From: Gemmatimonadales bacterium
Lineage (GTDB): Bacteria; Gemmatimonadota; Gemmatimonadetes; Gemmatimonadales; GWC2-71-9
DNA length: 64,000 nucleotides
Assembly (NCBI GenBank): GCA_035279865.1
Contig: DATEGY010000124.1
Location: 136-64,135 of the forward strand
Reading direction: 5' to 3'
Positions 8,618 to 18,800 of the stretch are shown in pieces. Position 1 is the stretch's first letter. Each line of letters begins with the position of its first letter. The position numbers and the translations under genes were made by a program. Below the pieces are notes generated by a model. It searched no databases, had not been told where the DNA came from, and was given only the letters and a program-made list of their open reading frames with translations.

Positions 8618-9414
8618 GCCGGACCGTGCGAGTCCCGGTGGATGACGTGGACATTTCGGTTCAGGAGCGGGGAGCGGGTCCCGCGCTGCTGCTCGTGCAC
8701 GGGTTTCCCTTCGATCATGATCTCTGGCGGCACCAGCTCAAGACCTTGCCGGGCTGGAGGCGCATCGCCCCGGATCTCCGGGGAGCGGGCCAGTCGAGCG
8801 CGCCGGCCGCCGGCTACTCGATGGCGCGTTATGCCGACGACGTGATCGCCGTCCTGGACGCGCTGGACGTGGCCGCCGCGGCCGTCTGCGGGTTGTCGAT
8901 GGGCGGGTACGTGATCTTCGAGCTTCTGCGCCGGTACCGGTCCCGGGTGCGCGCCGTGATCCTGTGCGACACCAAGTCGGAAGCGGATTCGGAGGAGGGG
9001 CGGCGTGGACGGGAAGAAATGATCGTCCTGGCCCGAGAGGGTGGCGCGAGGGCCGTGGCCGACAAGATGCTGCCGGTGCTGCTCGCCCCGGCCACGATGA
9101 CCGAGCGCCCGGAGGTCGAGGCGCAGGTTCGGGAAATGATGGAGCGGACTCCCGTGTCGGGGATGGTTGGTGCTCTGCAGGCGATGCGGGACCGGGTGGA
9201 TTCCACTCCGGTCCTGTCGGAGCTCCGCCTTCCGGTGCTGGTGGTCACGGGTGAGGCGGACGGGATCAGCACGCCGGAGGGGAGCGCCGCCATGGCGGGA
9301 AAGATCAAGGGGGCCAGGTTCGCCACCATCGCTGGTGCCGGACACTTGCCCCCTCTCGAACAGCCCTTCGTGACGACCCGCTTGATTGCGGACTTCCTGA
9401 AGACCGTTCTCTAG
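8614..9414 (+). CDS. alpha/beta hydrolase (enol-lactonase-like)
   Basis: LLLVHGFP and the GLSMGG nucleophile elbow, with a C-terminal GHLPPLE. GTGA overlap with the upstream gene. Confidence 0.8.
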   Translation: MSRTVRVPVDDVDISVQERGAGPALLLVHGFPFDHDLWRHQLKTLPGWRRIAPDLRGAGQSSAPAAGYSMARYADDVIAVLDALDVAAAAVCGLSMGGYVIFELLRRYRSRVRAVILCDTKSEADSEEGRRGREEMIVLAREGGARAVADKMLPVLLAPATMTERPEVEAQVREMMERTPVSGMVGALQAMRDRVDSTPVLSELRLPVLVVTGEADGISTPEGSAAMAGKIKGARFATIAGAGHLPPLEQPFVTTRLIADFLKTVL

Positions 9415-9423
9415 CGTCTAGAG

Positions 9424-9696
<273 letters not shown>

Positions 9697-9827
9697 CTAC
9701 GGCCTCTCCTTCAGGGCTTCGTGGCGTGGCGAACCCCAAACGTAGAAGGGGGTCTATCCGAGTCAAGCCCTTTGGGTTGCGCGCTTGTGGTTGTCTCCGA
9801 GATACCTCAAGAATGAGATACTGATGA

Positions 9828-9944
9828 GTATCTAAGATACCATTGGGTACCCTTCGTGAGCCGGTTTGACGGTTTTTCCGTACGTCTCCCCCTGACGTGT
9901 TTCGGTAGTGGGTACTGTGCCGTATCTTAGATACCCATGGGTAT
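9828..9944. promoter_or_regulatory. two copies of a ~23-bp composite palindromic operator-like site
   Basis: GTATCTAAGATACCATTGGGTAC (9828-9850) and GTATCTTAGATACCCATGGGTAT (9922-9944) match at 19/23. Each contains the 13-bp palindrome GTATCT-N-AGATAC. The second ends in the 14-bp palindrome ATACCCATGGGTAT, which covers the tetR ATG at 9937. Confidence 0.45.
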
Positions 9945-10338
9945 TGTCAAGAAGCAGCGCCGCGCTGAAACGCGGACGCTCCTCCTCGAATCCGGGCTGA
10001 AGCTGATTGCGGAGCAGGGCCTGGAGCTGGCCTCTCTCGACCAGGTGGCCGACGCGGCGGGCTTCACCAAGGGCGCCATCTACCGGCAATTCCGGTCCAA
10101 ACCGGCCTTCATTCTCGCCATCTTCGAGCAGTACGCGGCGGTCGCCCGGGCCGGAGCCGGGGCGCGGCAGGCTCCCTGGTTCATCCCCCTGACGCTCCAG
10201 TTCGCCTCCCACGCCATGCGGGACCCCCTCCTCCGGAGGCGGTTCGCGGTCGTTCTCGCGGAGGCTCCCGACGGGACCACCCCCGACGGACAGCTCCTCA
10301 GGGCTCTGGCCCGCGTGCTCCCGGCACCCCAGGCATGA
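9937..10338 (+). CDS. TetR/AcrR-family transcriptional regulator (short, 133 aa)
   Basis: The N-terminal HTH LDQVADAAGFTKGAIYRQFRSK is typical TetR. The C-terminal domain is unusually short. Confidence 0.75.
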   Translation: MGIVKKQRRAETRTLLLESGLKLIAEQGLELASLDQVADAAGFTKGAIYRQFRSKPAFILAIFEQYAAVARAGAGARQAPWFIPLTLQFASHAMRDPLLRRRFAVVLAEAPDGTTPDGQLLRALARVLPAPQA

Positions 10339-10952
10339 ACAGCTTGGCCACCTGGATCAACGCCGTCGCCGACTTCTGCTTCGCGGCGGTCTTTCTCATC
10401 ACCTGGATCGCGCCCAACACGTTCGGGGAGCACACGCTCCGGTTCCTGATGCTCGTCATGATGATGGAATTCGTAGTGGTTCACAGCTCGGCGTTCATGG
10501 GAAACGTGATGATTTCGCGGGCGAACCGTGGAGCGCAGGCGACCGCCCTGGCCGGGTTCGGGCTGTTCTACTCGTTGTTCGCCGGAGCCTTCGCGCTCGC
10601 TTTCAAGACCTGGTGGCCCATCACGATGTTCTGGGGCCAGACCTTGAACCGCATGCTCGGCGTCCTCTTCGGTCAGGTCCCGGACGACGACCAGAAGGCC
10701 TTCATCCAGCGAAGCTGGATCGCCTCCGTCCTCCTGTATCTCGTGAGCGCGTTCGTCACCATCGTCATGCCGATGCCGCGGCTGGGCATCACGTCCACCG
10801 TAATCGCCGCGCAGCAGATCCATTCGAGCGGACTGTGGGTCGAGCAGCCGCAGCGCGTGCTGGCATTCGGGGTGATGTACTTCCTGCTGACGGGATGGTC
10901 GGACCTGAAGGGGCACATCTGGGCCAGCGGGATTAAGGTCGCCCGGAGCTAG
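10335..10952 (+). CDS. hypothetical polytopic membrane protein
   Basis: ATGA overlap with tetR. There are about six hydrophobic segments. I recognised no family. Confidence 0.55.
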   Translation: MNSLATWINAVADFCFAAVFLITWIAPNTFGEHTLRFLMLVMMMEFVVVHSSAFMGNVMISRANRGAQATALAGFGLFYSLFAGAFALAFKTWWPITMFWGQTLNRMLGVLFGQVPDDDQKAFIQRSWIASVLLYLVSAFVTIVMPMPRLGITSTVIAAQQIHSSGLWVEQPQRVLAFGVMYFLLTGWSDLKGHIWASGIKVARS

Positions 10953-13900
10953 CGCTCCGCCGCGAGCCGCGCGATGCGGCCCCGGACATCCCGCACGACG
11001 GGTTGCAGCTCGGCGTCGGCGTTCTTCCAGAGATCCACGAACTTGTTGTAGTTATCGAGCGCCTGCGCACGATCGCCGCGCGCCTCATGGAGCTCGCCGG
11101 CCCGCTTGTACGACGGTCCCAGCTCCCATCCGTCATCCCAGATCCGGAAGGCGTCGGGCGTCGTGAGATAGCGATCGTAGTAGACCAGGGCCGAATCCTG
11201 CTGATGCATCTGATCAAAGAGGGTGGCCTGGTCCCAGAGTCCGCAGACCGCGCATCCCGATTCGTCGCGGAACGCCCGGACCTCGGCGAGCGCGTCCGCG
11301 TACCGGTGCTCCGCGCGGGCGATCGCGGCCGTCCCGTTGTGCCGCCCCGGGTTGGCGCGTCGGAGGCCTTCGGGCACGAGCCGTGCATACTCAGCCATCA
11401 GCTCCTTGGCCTGCTCCACGCGGCCGGTAAGGGCATAAGCCTGAGCCAGGGCGCTGTAGGGCCGGTCCGATACCGGGATCGACGTGAGGGGATGCCGCGA
11501 GAGCGCGGCCCCGACCTTCTGAAGCGCATCGGCGGGGCGATCACGATAATAGACGTCGAAGGCGGCCTGGCCGATGGCGGCGTTTATGTAGTCGCCGGGG
11601 AGCCCGCGCTGTTCGGCGATCGCCATGACCTTCCGGCTTTCCTGCAGCGCCTCCGCCAGACGCCCTTGCGCGCCGCGCACCGCAGTCATCCCTTGCTGCA
11701 CGTTCTCCTGGACGAACGGGCTGCCCGCGTAGTCCTTCCGGAGCTGAGCCACCACCCGCTCGGTTCCCGGGTAGTCCCGCTCCGCTGTGGTGATCCAGAA
11801 CCACTGGGCCGGTGCCACGGGAGAATTGGGGAAGGCCTTTTGATACTGGTCGGTCAGGGTGCGGGCAGCGGAATCCTGACCCAGCACGAGCGCGACCTGA
11901 ATGAGCTGCTGGTAGCAATTGCCGCACCCGACCGCGATGCCGCGATTGAGCAGGCTCTCGGCGGCGGCGTATTCCCGCCGCGCGATCAGCAGGATCGAAA
12001 GGTTGTTGAGGCCCACATAGTAGTTGGAGTCGATGGCCAGCAAGTCCCGGTAGGCGGCGATGGCCTTCGGCATGTCGAAGTCCGCCAGCTGGAAATAGTA
12101 GGCTACGGTCTGGTCCCGCTCCGCCGGGGTCAGGCGATCACGGTGGTCGTAGGCCTTGGTGACCGCGTCCACCTGCTGCTGGATGGACGCCCCCGTATTC
12201 CCAAGCACCACGGCCAGCTTCCGGTAGGCCATGGCGAATTCGGTGTCGAGAGCCACCGCCTGCTGCAGCACCGGCACGGCCGCCTCGTCCTCCCCCTGAC
12301 CCGACAGCCGCACCCCCTGGGAGTACTTCCGCAACGCCTCGAGAGACGACGTTGTGACCTGCTCGAGCTCATCCGACGCGCGAAGAGTCGTCAGCGATTC
12401 GCCGATTCGAGAACGCAGATCCTTCGACAGGCGATCGAGGGCACCGAGGAGCGCGCCGTCGTTGTCCGCATTCTCCCGCAGCGCAGCGAGCACCGAGCCG
12501 TCCGCCGCGGAGACCACACTCACCGTCAGGACGTATGCCTTTCCGACCGCCGAGATCTGACCGGTCACCACCGCCTTGGCCCCCTCGCGCTGAGCGAGAT
12601 CCTGCGCCACCGCGTTGGTCATCGGGGTGCCGGGGGGCTTCTGCATCCGCTGCAGCGCGCTCGCGACCTGTCGCGTGTCGAGCAGATGCACCGTGCGGGA
12701 CTGCGAAAGGTCCACCCGGAACGCTTCGGTCAAGGTGGACCCGAGCGTCGTGTCGGCCGAGTGATTCTCGAAATCGGCGAGGACGATCTTGTCTTCAGCT
12801 GAGAGCCGTCCCTTGGCCATCAGCGTGCCGACCGACCCGATGCCAAGCAGGCGCAGGGTCATGTAGACCGCCGCCGCCGCCGCGAGGCCACCGAAGGCGA
12901 GGCCGCCGCCGACCATCGCTCTCCGCCAGGTGAACCACTTCGCCAGCGGGTGGGTGGGCACGTACCCGGTCGTGTGCGCCAGCGCGCGCCGACGCTCGAA
13001 CACGCCGGTTACGAGCATGATCGGCAAGCCGACCACGAGCAGCACGCCGGCAGCCGCGAATACCCAGGTAGGGAGTCCCAGCCTCTGCATGAGGAAGTAG
13101 ACGAGTGCCAATACGGCGACGCCCCCCACGCCGAACACGGTCGCGACGCGCACCGGATGGGCGCGGCGGACTGCCGCCTCGGTACCCGACGAAATCGCGG
13201 GCGTGCTTCCGGTCGGCGTCATTCCGCCCGAGGGCGTCATGATGACGTCGAGCAGCTGCACCAGCTCGAGGGCGGATTGCGGACGATCGGCGGGTTTCTT
13301 GGAGAGGCACCGCATGATCAGGGCGGCCAGTGCGGGCGGGACCGTGGACCGGTGCGCGACGAGCGAATCCGGCGCCTGGGTGACGTGCGCCGCGAGCATC
13401 TGCTGAGGGGTCGACGCCGAGAAGGGCAGTCGCCCGGCGAGCATCTCGTACGCCAGGACGCCGGCGGCGTAGATATCGGCCCGATGATCGACGTGGGGAT
13501 CGGCGGCGGCCTGCTCGGGCGCCATGTAGGCGGGGGTGCCAAGGGCGACGCCAAGGGACGTCAACGTCGACGAGCCGCTCGAGGCAGCGACCGCCTTGGC
13601 CACGCCGAAGTCCGTCACGACGGCATGGCGATGGGAAATCAGAACGTTGTCGGGCTTGATGTCGCGGTGGACCACGCCCATGGAGTGGGCGTAGCCGAGC
13701 GCGTCGGCGACGTCGCGGAGGATCCGGACCGCCTCGCCGATCGGGAGCTCCCCTTCGCGGGAGAGCTTCGCGCGCAACGACTCCCCCTCGACCAGCGGCA
13801 TCGTGTAGTAAAAGAGATCGCCGGTTTGGCCGGCGGCGTGCAGCGGAACGATGTGAGGATGTTGAAGCGACGCGGCGAGCTGAATTTCTCGACGGAACCG

Positions 13901-14074
13901 CTCGACGTTGACGCCCGCCGCCATGTCCGGCGGCAGGACCTTGATGACGACCTTCCTGCCGAGCGCCAGTTCCTCGGCCAGAAAGACCCGGCTCATCCCC
14001 CCGCCGCCCAGCTCCTTCTCGAGGCGGTAGGTGGACTTCAGCGCTTCCTGGAGACGGGTTTGGAGGTCGGACAT
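10949..14074 (-). CDS. serine/threonine protein kinase with TM segment, periplasmic domain and TPR repeats
   Basis: Kinase motifs VVIKVL, HRDIKPDNVL, DFGVAK and APEQ. Hydrophobic segments lie around residues 300-400. The C-terminal half is TPR-like. Confidence 0.9.
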   Translation of the reverse strand: MSDLQTRLQEALKSTYRLEKELGGGGMSRVFLAEELALGRKVVIKVLPPDMAAGVNVERFRREIQLAASLQHPHIVPLHAAGQTGDLFYYTMPLVEGESLRAKLSREGELPIGEAVRILRDVADALGYAHSMGVVHRDIKPDNVLISHRHAVVTDFGVAKAVAASSGSSTLTSLGVALGTPAYMAPEQAAADPHVDHRADIYAAGVLAYEMLAGRLPFSASTPQQMLAAHVTQAPDSLVAHRSTVPPALAALIMRCLSKKPADRPQSALELVQLLDVIMTPSGGMTPTGSTPAISSGTEAAVRRAHPVRVATVFGVGGVAVLALVYFLMQRLGLPTWVFAAAGVLLVVGLPIMLVTGVFERRRALAHTTGYVPTHPLAKWFTWRRAMVGGGLAFGGLAAAAAVYMTLRLLGIGSVGTLMAKGRLSAEDKIVLADFENHSADTTLGSTLTEAFRVDLSQSRTVHLLDTRQVASALQRMQKPPGTPMTNAVAQDLAQREGAKAVVTGQISAVGKAYVLTVSVVSAADGSVLAALRENADNDGALLGALDRLSKDLRSRIGESLTTLRASDELEQVTTSSLEALRKYSQGVRLSGQGEDEAAVPVLQQAVALDTEFAMAYRKLAVVLGNTGASIQQQVDAVTKAYDHRDRLTPAERDQTVAYYFQLADFDMPKAIAAYRDLLAIDSNYYVGLNNLSILLIARREYAAAESLLNRGIAVGCGNCYQQLIQVALVLGQDSAARTLTDQYQKAFPNSPVAPAQWFWITTAERDYPGTERVVAQLRKDYAGSPFVQENVQQGMTAVRGAQGRLAEALQESRKVMAIAEQRGLPGDYINAAIGQAAFDVYYRDRPADALQKVGAALSRHPLTSIPVSDRPYSALAQAYALTGRVEQAKELMAEYARLVPEGLRRANPGRHNGTAAIARAEHRYADALAEVRAFRDESGCAVCGLWDQATLFDQMHQQDSALVYYDRYLTTPDAFRIWDDGWELGPSYKRAGELHEARGDRAQALDNYNKFVDLWKNADAELQPVVRDVRGRIARLAAER

Positions 14075-14113
14075 CGGGGGCTCAAAATACGGGCCCGATG
14101 CTGATCGCGCGAG

Positions 14114-14307
14114 GGATTTCCTTCTTTTTTTTCTAAACGACGAGGCGGCTTGTCATCCTGAGCGAGTGCGCGAATGCGCGCGAAGCGAAGGACCTGCTTG
14201 TGCCCGTCCGCGCTCGAACATCCGTTGCCGTGGGAGCGAAGCAGGTCCTTCGCTCGCTGCGCTCGCTCAGGATGACAAGCGCGCCTTCCCTATCAAGAAA
14301 AGAAGGG
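14114..14307. repeat. ~190-bp imperfect palindrome built from two inverted copies of a GTCATCCTGAGCG...GCGAAGGACCTGC repeat
   Basis: The left arm 14149-14199 is complementary to the right arm 14236-14280 at both conserved ends. The outer CCTTCTTTT / AAAAGAAGG tracts are also complementary. Confidence 0.7.
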
Positions 14308-14312
14308 AGAGA

Positions 14313-15656
14313 TCAGTCCGCGCCGACCGGCTCCTGCCGCGTTTGGGGCTCCCGAACGCCCAAATTCCGCTCGATCTCCCGCGTGATGTGCATGGAACAG
14401 AACTTCGGCCCGCACATCGCGCAGAACTCCGCACTCTTGAAGTACTCGGATGGCAGGGACTCGTCGTGGAGCTCCTGCGCCCGCTCGGGGTCGAGTGAAA
14501 GCCGGAACTGCTCCTTCCAGTCGAACGCGTACCGGGCCCGCGACAGCGCGTCATCACGGTCCCGTGCACCCTTCCGGCCGCGGGCGATGTCCGCGGCGTG
14601 CGCCGCGATCTTGTAGGCGATCACACCCTCGCGCACTTCCTCCGCGTTCGGCAGGCCGAGGTGCTCCTTCCGGGTGACGTAGCAGAGCATGTCGGCGCCG
14701 TACCAGCCGATCATCGCCGCTCCGATGGCGCTCGTGATGTGGTCGTATCCGGGCGCGATGTCCGTCACGAGCGGCCCCAGCGTGTAGAACGGCGCCTCGT
14801 GACAGATACGCTTCTGGCGTTCGACGTTCATCTGGATCTGGTCCATCGGGATGTGCCCCGGTCCCTCGATCATCACTTGCACGTCCTTCGCCCAGGCCCG
14901 CTCTGTCAGTTCGCCCAGGGTGTCGAGCTCCGCGAACTGGGCCTTGTCGCTGGCATCGGCCACCGAGCCGGGCCGGAGGGCGTCGCCGAGTGACAGCGTG
15001 ACGTCGTACTTCGCCGCGATCTCGAGGATCTTGTCGAAGTGCGTGTAGAACGGATTCTCCTGGTTGTGGTGCGTCATCCAGTAGGCGTGGAGCGAGCCGC
15101 CGCGGGAAACGATCCCGGTCACCCGGCCCAGGGCCAGCCCGACATAGGCGCGCTTGATGCCGCAATGCACGGTGACATAGTCGACGCCCTGTTGGGCCTG
15201 GTGCTCCACCATGCCGATCAAGTCATCGGCGGTGAGATCCTCAACCTTCCCGATTTCCTGCACCGCCTGATAGATGGGCACGGTGCCGATCGGCACCGGA
15301 GACGCGTCGATGATGGCCTGGCGGATGGCGTCGATGTTGCCGCCGGTGGAGAGATCCATCACGGTGTCGGCGCCGTAGTGCACCGCGTGATGGAGCTTGT
15401 CGAGCTCCCCCTCGATGTCCGAGGTGACCGCCGAGTTGCCGATGTTCGCGTTGATCTTGACCTTGGCCACTTTGCCGATGGCCATGGGGTCGAGCTGCTT
15501 GGCGAGATGGTGGACGTTCGCGGGGATCACGAGACGGCCCGACGCCACTTCGTCGCGGATCGTCTCCGGGGCGAGCTCTTCCCGCTCGGCCACACGCTGC
15601 ATCTCGCGGGTGACCGTGCCCTGGCGGGCGACATGCATCTGCGTAACACTGTCCAT
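14313..15656 (-). CDS. thiC: phosphomethylpyrimidine synthase
   Basis: Full-length ThiC similarity, including the C-terminal [11 protein letters not shown] cluster motif. I chose ATG 15656 ([13 protein letters not shown]...) because it lies directly 3' of the TPP riboswitch. Confidence 0.92.
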   Translation of the reverse strand: MDSVTQMHVARQGTVTREMQRVAEREELAPETIRDEVASGRLVIPANVHHLAKQLDPMAIGKVAKVKINANIGNSAVTSDIEGELDKLHHAVHYGADTVMDLSTGGNIDAIRQAIIDASPVPIGTVPIYQAVQEIGKVEDLTADDLIGMVEHQAQQGVDYVTVHCGIKRAYVGLALGRVTGIVSRGGSLHAYWMTHHNQENPFYTHFDKILEIAAKYDVTLSLGDALRPGSVADASDKAQFAELDTLGELTERAWAKDVQVMIEGPGHIPMDQIQMNVERQKRICHEAPFYTLGPLVTDIAPGYDHITSAIGAAMIGWYGADMLCYVTRKEHLGLPNAEEVREGVIAYKIAAHAADIARGRKGARDRDDALSRARYAFDWKEQFRLSLDPERAQELHDESLPSEYFKSAEFCAMCGPKFCSMHITREIERNLGVREPQTRQEPVGAD

Positions 15657-15657
15657 A

Positions 15658-15737
15658 CTGACTCCCTCCGCCGGTCTTAACCGGGTCAGGTTCTGAGGGT
15701 GTGATCTCAGCCTGCACCGTGCAGGCACCCCTGTCAG
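15658..15737 (-). promoter_or_regulatory. TPP (THI-box) riboswitch
   Basis: The minus-strand RNA is CUGACAGGGGUGCCUGCACGGUGCAGGCUGAGAUCACACCCUCAGAACCUGACCCGGUUAAGACCGGCGGAGGGAGUCAG. It has the conserved CUGAGA, ACCC, GAACCUGA and CGGAGGGA elements and a P1 stem CUGAC/GUCAG. Confidence 0.9.
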
Positions 15738-15816
15738 CTCGGAATCTACTCCGCAGTCCAGCAGGCGCGCACCTGCATCCCATGCCCTTAGTCCTGCTCA
15801 TGACGAGCGAGCACGG

Positions 15817-15854
15817 TTGTCATCCTGAGCGCCAAAGGCGCGAAGGACCTGCTT
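15817..15854. repeat. solo copy of the GTCATCCTGAGCG...GCGAAGGACCTGC repeat
   Basis: TTGTCATCCTGAGCGCCAAAGGCGCGAAGGACCTGCTT has the same conserved ends as the arms at 14149-14280. It contains an internal GCGCC-AAA-GGCGC hairpin. Confidence 0.6.
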
Positions 15855-15860
15855 CTTCCT

Positions 15861-18800
15861 CTACTCCACCAGGAGGGTCGCAATCTCCCAGGGATGCAGG
15901 GTCAGTGACACGCTCCGGCCGTCCGCCGAGAGCGGGAGCGCGGCTCCCGGATCCTCGAGCAGGTTCGCGCGCCGCACCCGTTTCACGGCGCGCCCGAACG
16001 AGATCGTCGTGGTGGTGGCCTTCCCGTGCCACTCGACCACCCGCAGCACGAGCCCCGGCACATCCTCGGCGCGCTTCACTGAGGTGATGTACACGTCGGG
16101 CTCGGAAGGCACCGCCACCGACCATGAGCGGCCGGCGGCCCCGGTGTGCGCTTCGGTCGCGACGGCGATCATCGGGACATTGAACGCCTGTCCCTCCCGT
16201 TCAGTCAGGCCGGTCTGCCAGCCTCCGGCGTGTGGATAGATGGCGTACCGGAAATGCTGCTGCCCCCGGTCGGCCAGCGAATCGGGCCAGAGGGGCGAGC
16301 GGAGCAGGGACAACCGCATCCGGTTCCCGCGCGTGTCCCAGCCGTATTTCGAGTCGTTCAGGATGCTGACGCCGAATGCCGAGTCGGACAGGTCACCCCA
16401 GCGATGACCCGGGTGCTCGTACTTCGCCCGCTCCGCCTGGGTGGACGGATGCGTGGGCTGGCCGATGGCTCCGTAGCCGATCTCGTAGGTCGCACTGTCG
16501 GCGGTGACGTTCCAGTCGAAGGCCGCCTTCAGGAACTTGTGGCGTTCATGCCAGTCGATCTGGTTGTCGATCTCGAGGAACGGTTCACCGCGGCGCAGCA
16601 CGATGCGCTGGGTGATGCGCGTGCCGTTCCAGGGCTTTTCGAATTCGATCCAGCGCTCGACGGCATCCCCTCCCGCCCGGAGCGCCTTCACCGAGTCGAT
16701 CGTCCACAGCTTGCCCGTGAACCCCGTGTTCCAGGCGTCCCACTGGGCGGGCTCGTCCACCAGAAGCTGGAGCACGTTGGCATGGCCGCTGTCGGCGATG
16801 GCTTCGTGATGTGCCTTGCGGTCGTACAGGTGGACGATCTGACCGGTCTTCGGGTCCACGTCGACCGACAGAAACTCGTTCTCGAGGTGCGTCCGGGAGC
16901 CGGCGAAGGAGCGGTCGTCGGGAATTCTCCCGGCGCGAATCCAGAACACCGTTGCTCCCAGCGATGGTACGCCCGTGGCCCGGCAACGCAGGGAATCTCC
17001 CCGGATGACCGCGGGTTGCGTCTTCCCGCGCTCGTCCGCGGCCACCAGGGAGCCCGACAGGCCGCGGAGGGCGTCGGTCAGCGGCACCGCGACGAATCCG
17101 GTCCGCGCCCAGGACGAGGGATTGAACACCGTCACCGGCACCCCGCGACCGCGGGTATCGAGCCGTCCAGCAAGATCGCGGACCGACCGATCCCGAATGG
17201 CCGTGCCGGCCGCGGCGACGGAGTCATACGTCGCCATCGCGTCGAGGTAGATCGGATGGATGCCGGATCCCGGCAGCAGGTCGTGGAACTGGTTGAACAG
17301 CGTCTGCCGCCAGGCGTGCTCGAGCGAATCCTTCGGATAGGGGGCGGGGTCGACGGTGGCGAGAAACTCCGCCGTGCCCAGCAGGGTCTCGCTCTCACGA
17401 TTTCGGCGCTTCATCCAGCTCTGCGTCGTGTAGGTCGCGCGGTGGTATTCGAGGTACAGCTCGTCGTTCCACAGGGGCCATTTGTCCATCGGCCGCGCGC
17501 CCCGGATACTCGAAAGTGCCTGGGTGGGACGGTCATCCTTCAGCACGGGGAAGGCAGGGAGTCGGCCCAGATCGCCCCGGCGGTCCAGCATTTCCGCGGT
17601 GGGCCCGCCGCCATGATCGCCGACGCCGTAGAGTACGAGCATGTGGTGGGCGGAGCCGGTGCGGGCGTTGTCCTGGCGCATCTGCTGGGCGAGCGTCGCC
17701 CCATCGAGATCGTGGTCGTAGCCGTATGGGTTGTACGCGAAGATCGTCGTGCCGTCCCGGCCCTTCCACCGGAAGGCGTCGTACGGGAACGTGGTCGAGT
17801 CGTTCCAGCGGATTTTCTGGGTGACGAAGAAATCCATCCCGAGCTCGTGCCAGATCTGCGGCATCTGCCACGGATAGCCGAAGGAATCGGGGGTCCAGGC
17901 GACCTTCGACCGGTGACCGAAGAGCTTCTGGAAGTACCGCTGTCCGTAGAGCCCCTGACGGACGAGGGATTCTCCGCCCGGCATGTTCTGATCGGCCTCG
18001 AGCCACCAACCGCCCACCGCTTCCCACCGCCCGGCGTGCTCGGCGGCGCGGATCGAATCGAGTAGTCCCGGTGCACGCTGAGCCAGCCAGTCGTAGTACT
18101 GGGCCGCACTCGCCGCGAAGGTCATGGACGGGAACTTCTGCTCGAGCTTGAGCGCCGTCCGCCACGTGGCTTCCACCACGCCCACCGTCTCGGTGTAGCG
18201 CCAGAGCCAGGCGGCGTCGATGTGCGAGTTGCCGACGAGGTGGATCGTGTCGCGCGCAAAGAGACTCGAGTCGGCCGCGAAACTCTGCGATGCCTGTTTC
18301 TCGAGATACCGGTACGTCGCCTTGTCGGGCGTCATCATGGCCGTGAGCCAGGCGCGCGCGTCGGGCCAGGGGACGGAGCCCGATGAGTCGCCGAGCGCCG
18401 GCAGGAGCGTGAGGTCGAGGGCGAAGTCCGAGTACGACCGATCCCGCACGCGGGCCCGCGGATGGTCCCACCAGGGTCTGGTCGAATCGCGGACGATCGT
18501 GATGTGGAGGGTGTCTCCCGCCGCGCACTGGGAGCAGAGCGGCAGGGTGCCGTCGGCGCCCGGCGTCTGTGCCTTGCCATTGATCGAGTACTGCGCCGTC
18601 GGTCCGAACTCGGCGGCGAGGAGGTCGACCGACAGGCCCGCGAAGGCCGGCGGGACCGTAACCCTGGTCTCGAGGGTGGTGCTGTGGTCATTCCAGTTCG
18701 CGAACTGGATGCGGGAGTCGAGGAGTGCGAGGACGGCCGCGGGATCGAGGGGTGCAATCCGGACGTCCGTCGAGACTCCCATTCGGGTCGCGAGGGTGGC

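Noticed and set aside
11003-12802. 599-codon ORF antisense to the Ser/Thr kinase gene.
   Set aside because: This is the same antisense artefact. The kinase frame carries all Hanks motifs and TPRs, and the antisense product is Arg/Gly/Leu-rich without recognisable domains.
16146-18065. 639-codon ORF antisense to the GH38 mannosidase, plus several 100-330-codon ORFs in the same region.
   Set aside because: The GH38 frame has family signatures along its whole length. The antisense ORFs are Arg/Pro/Gly-rich.
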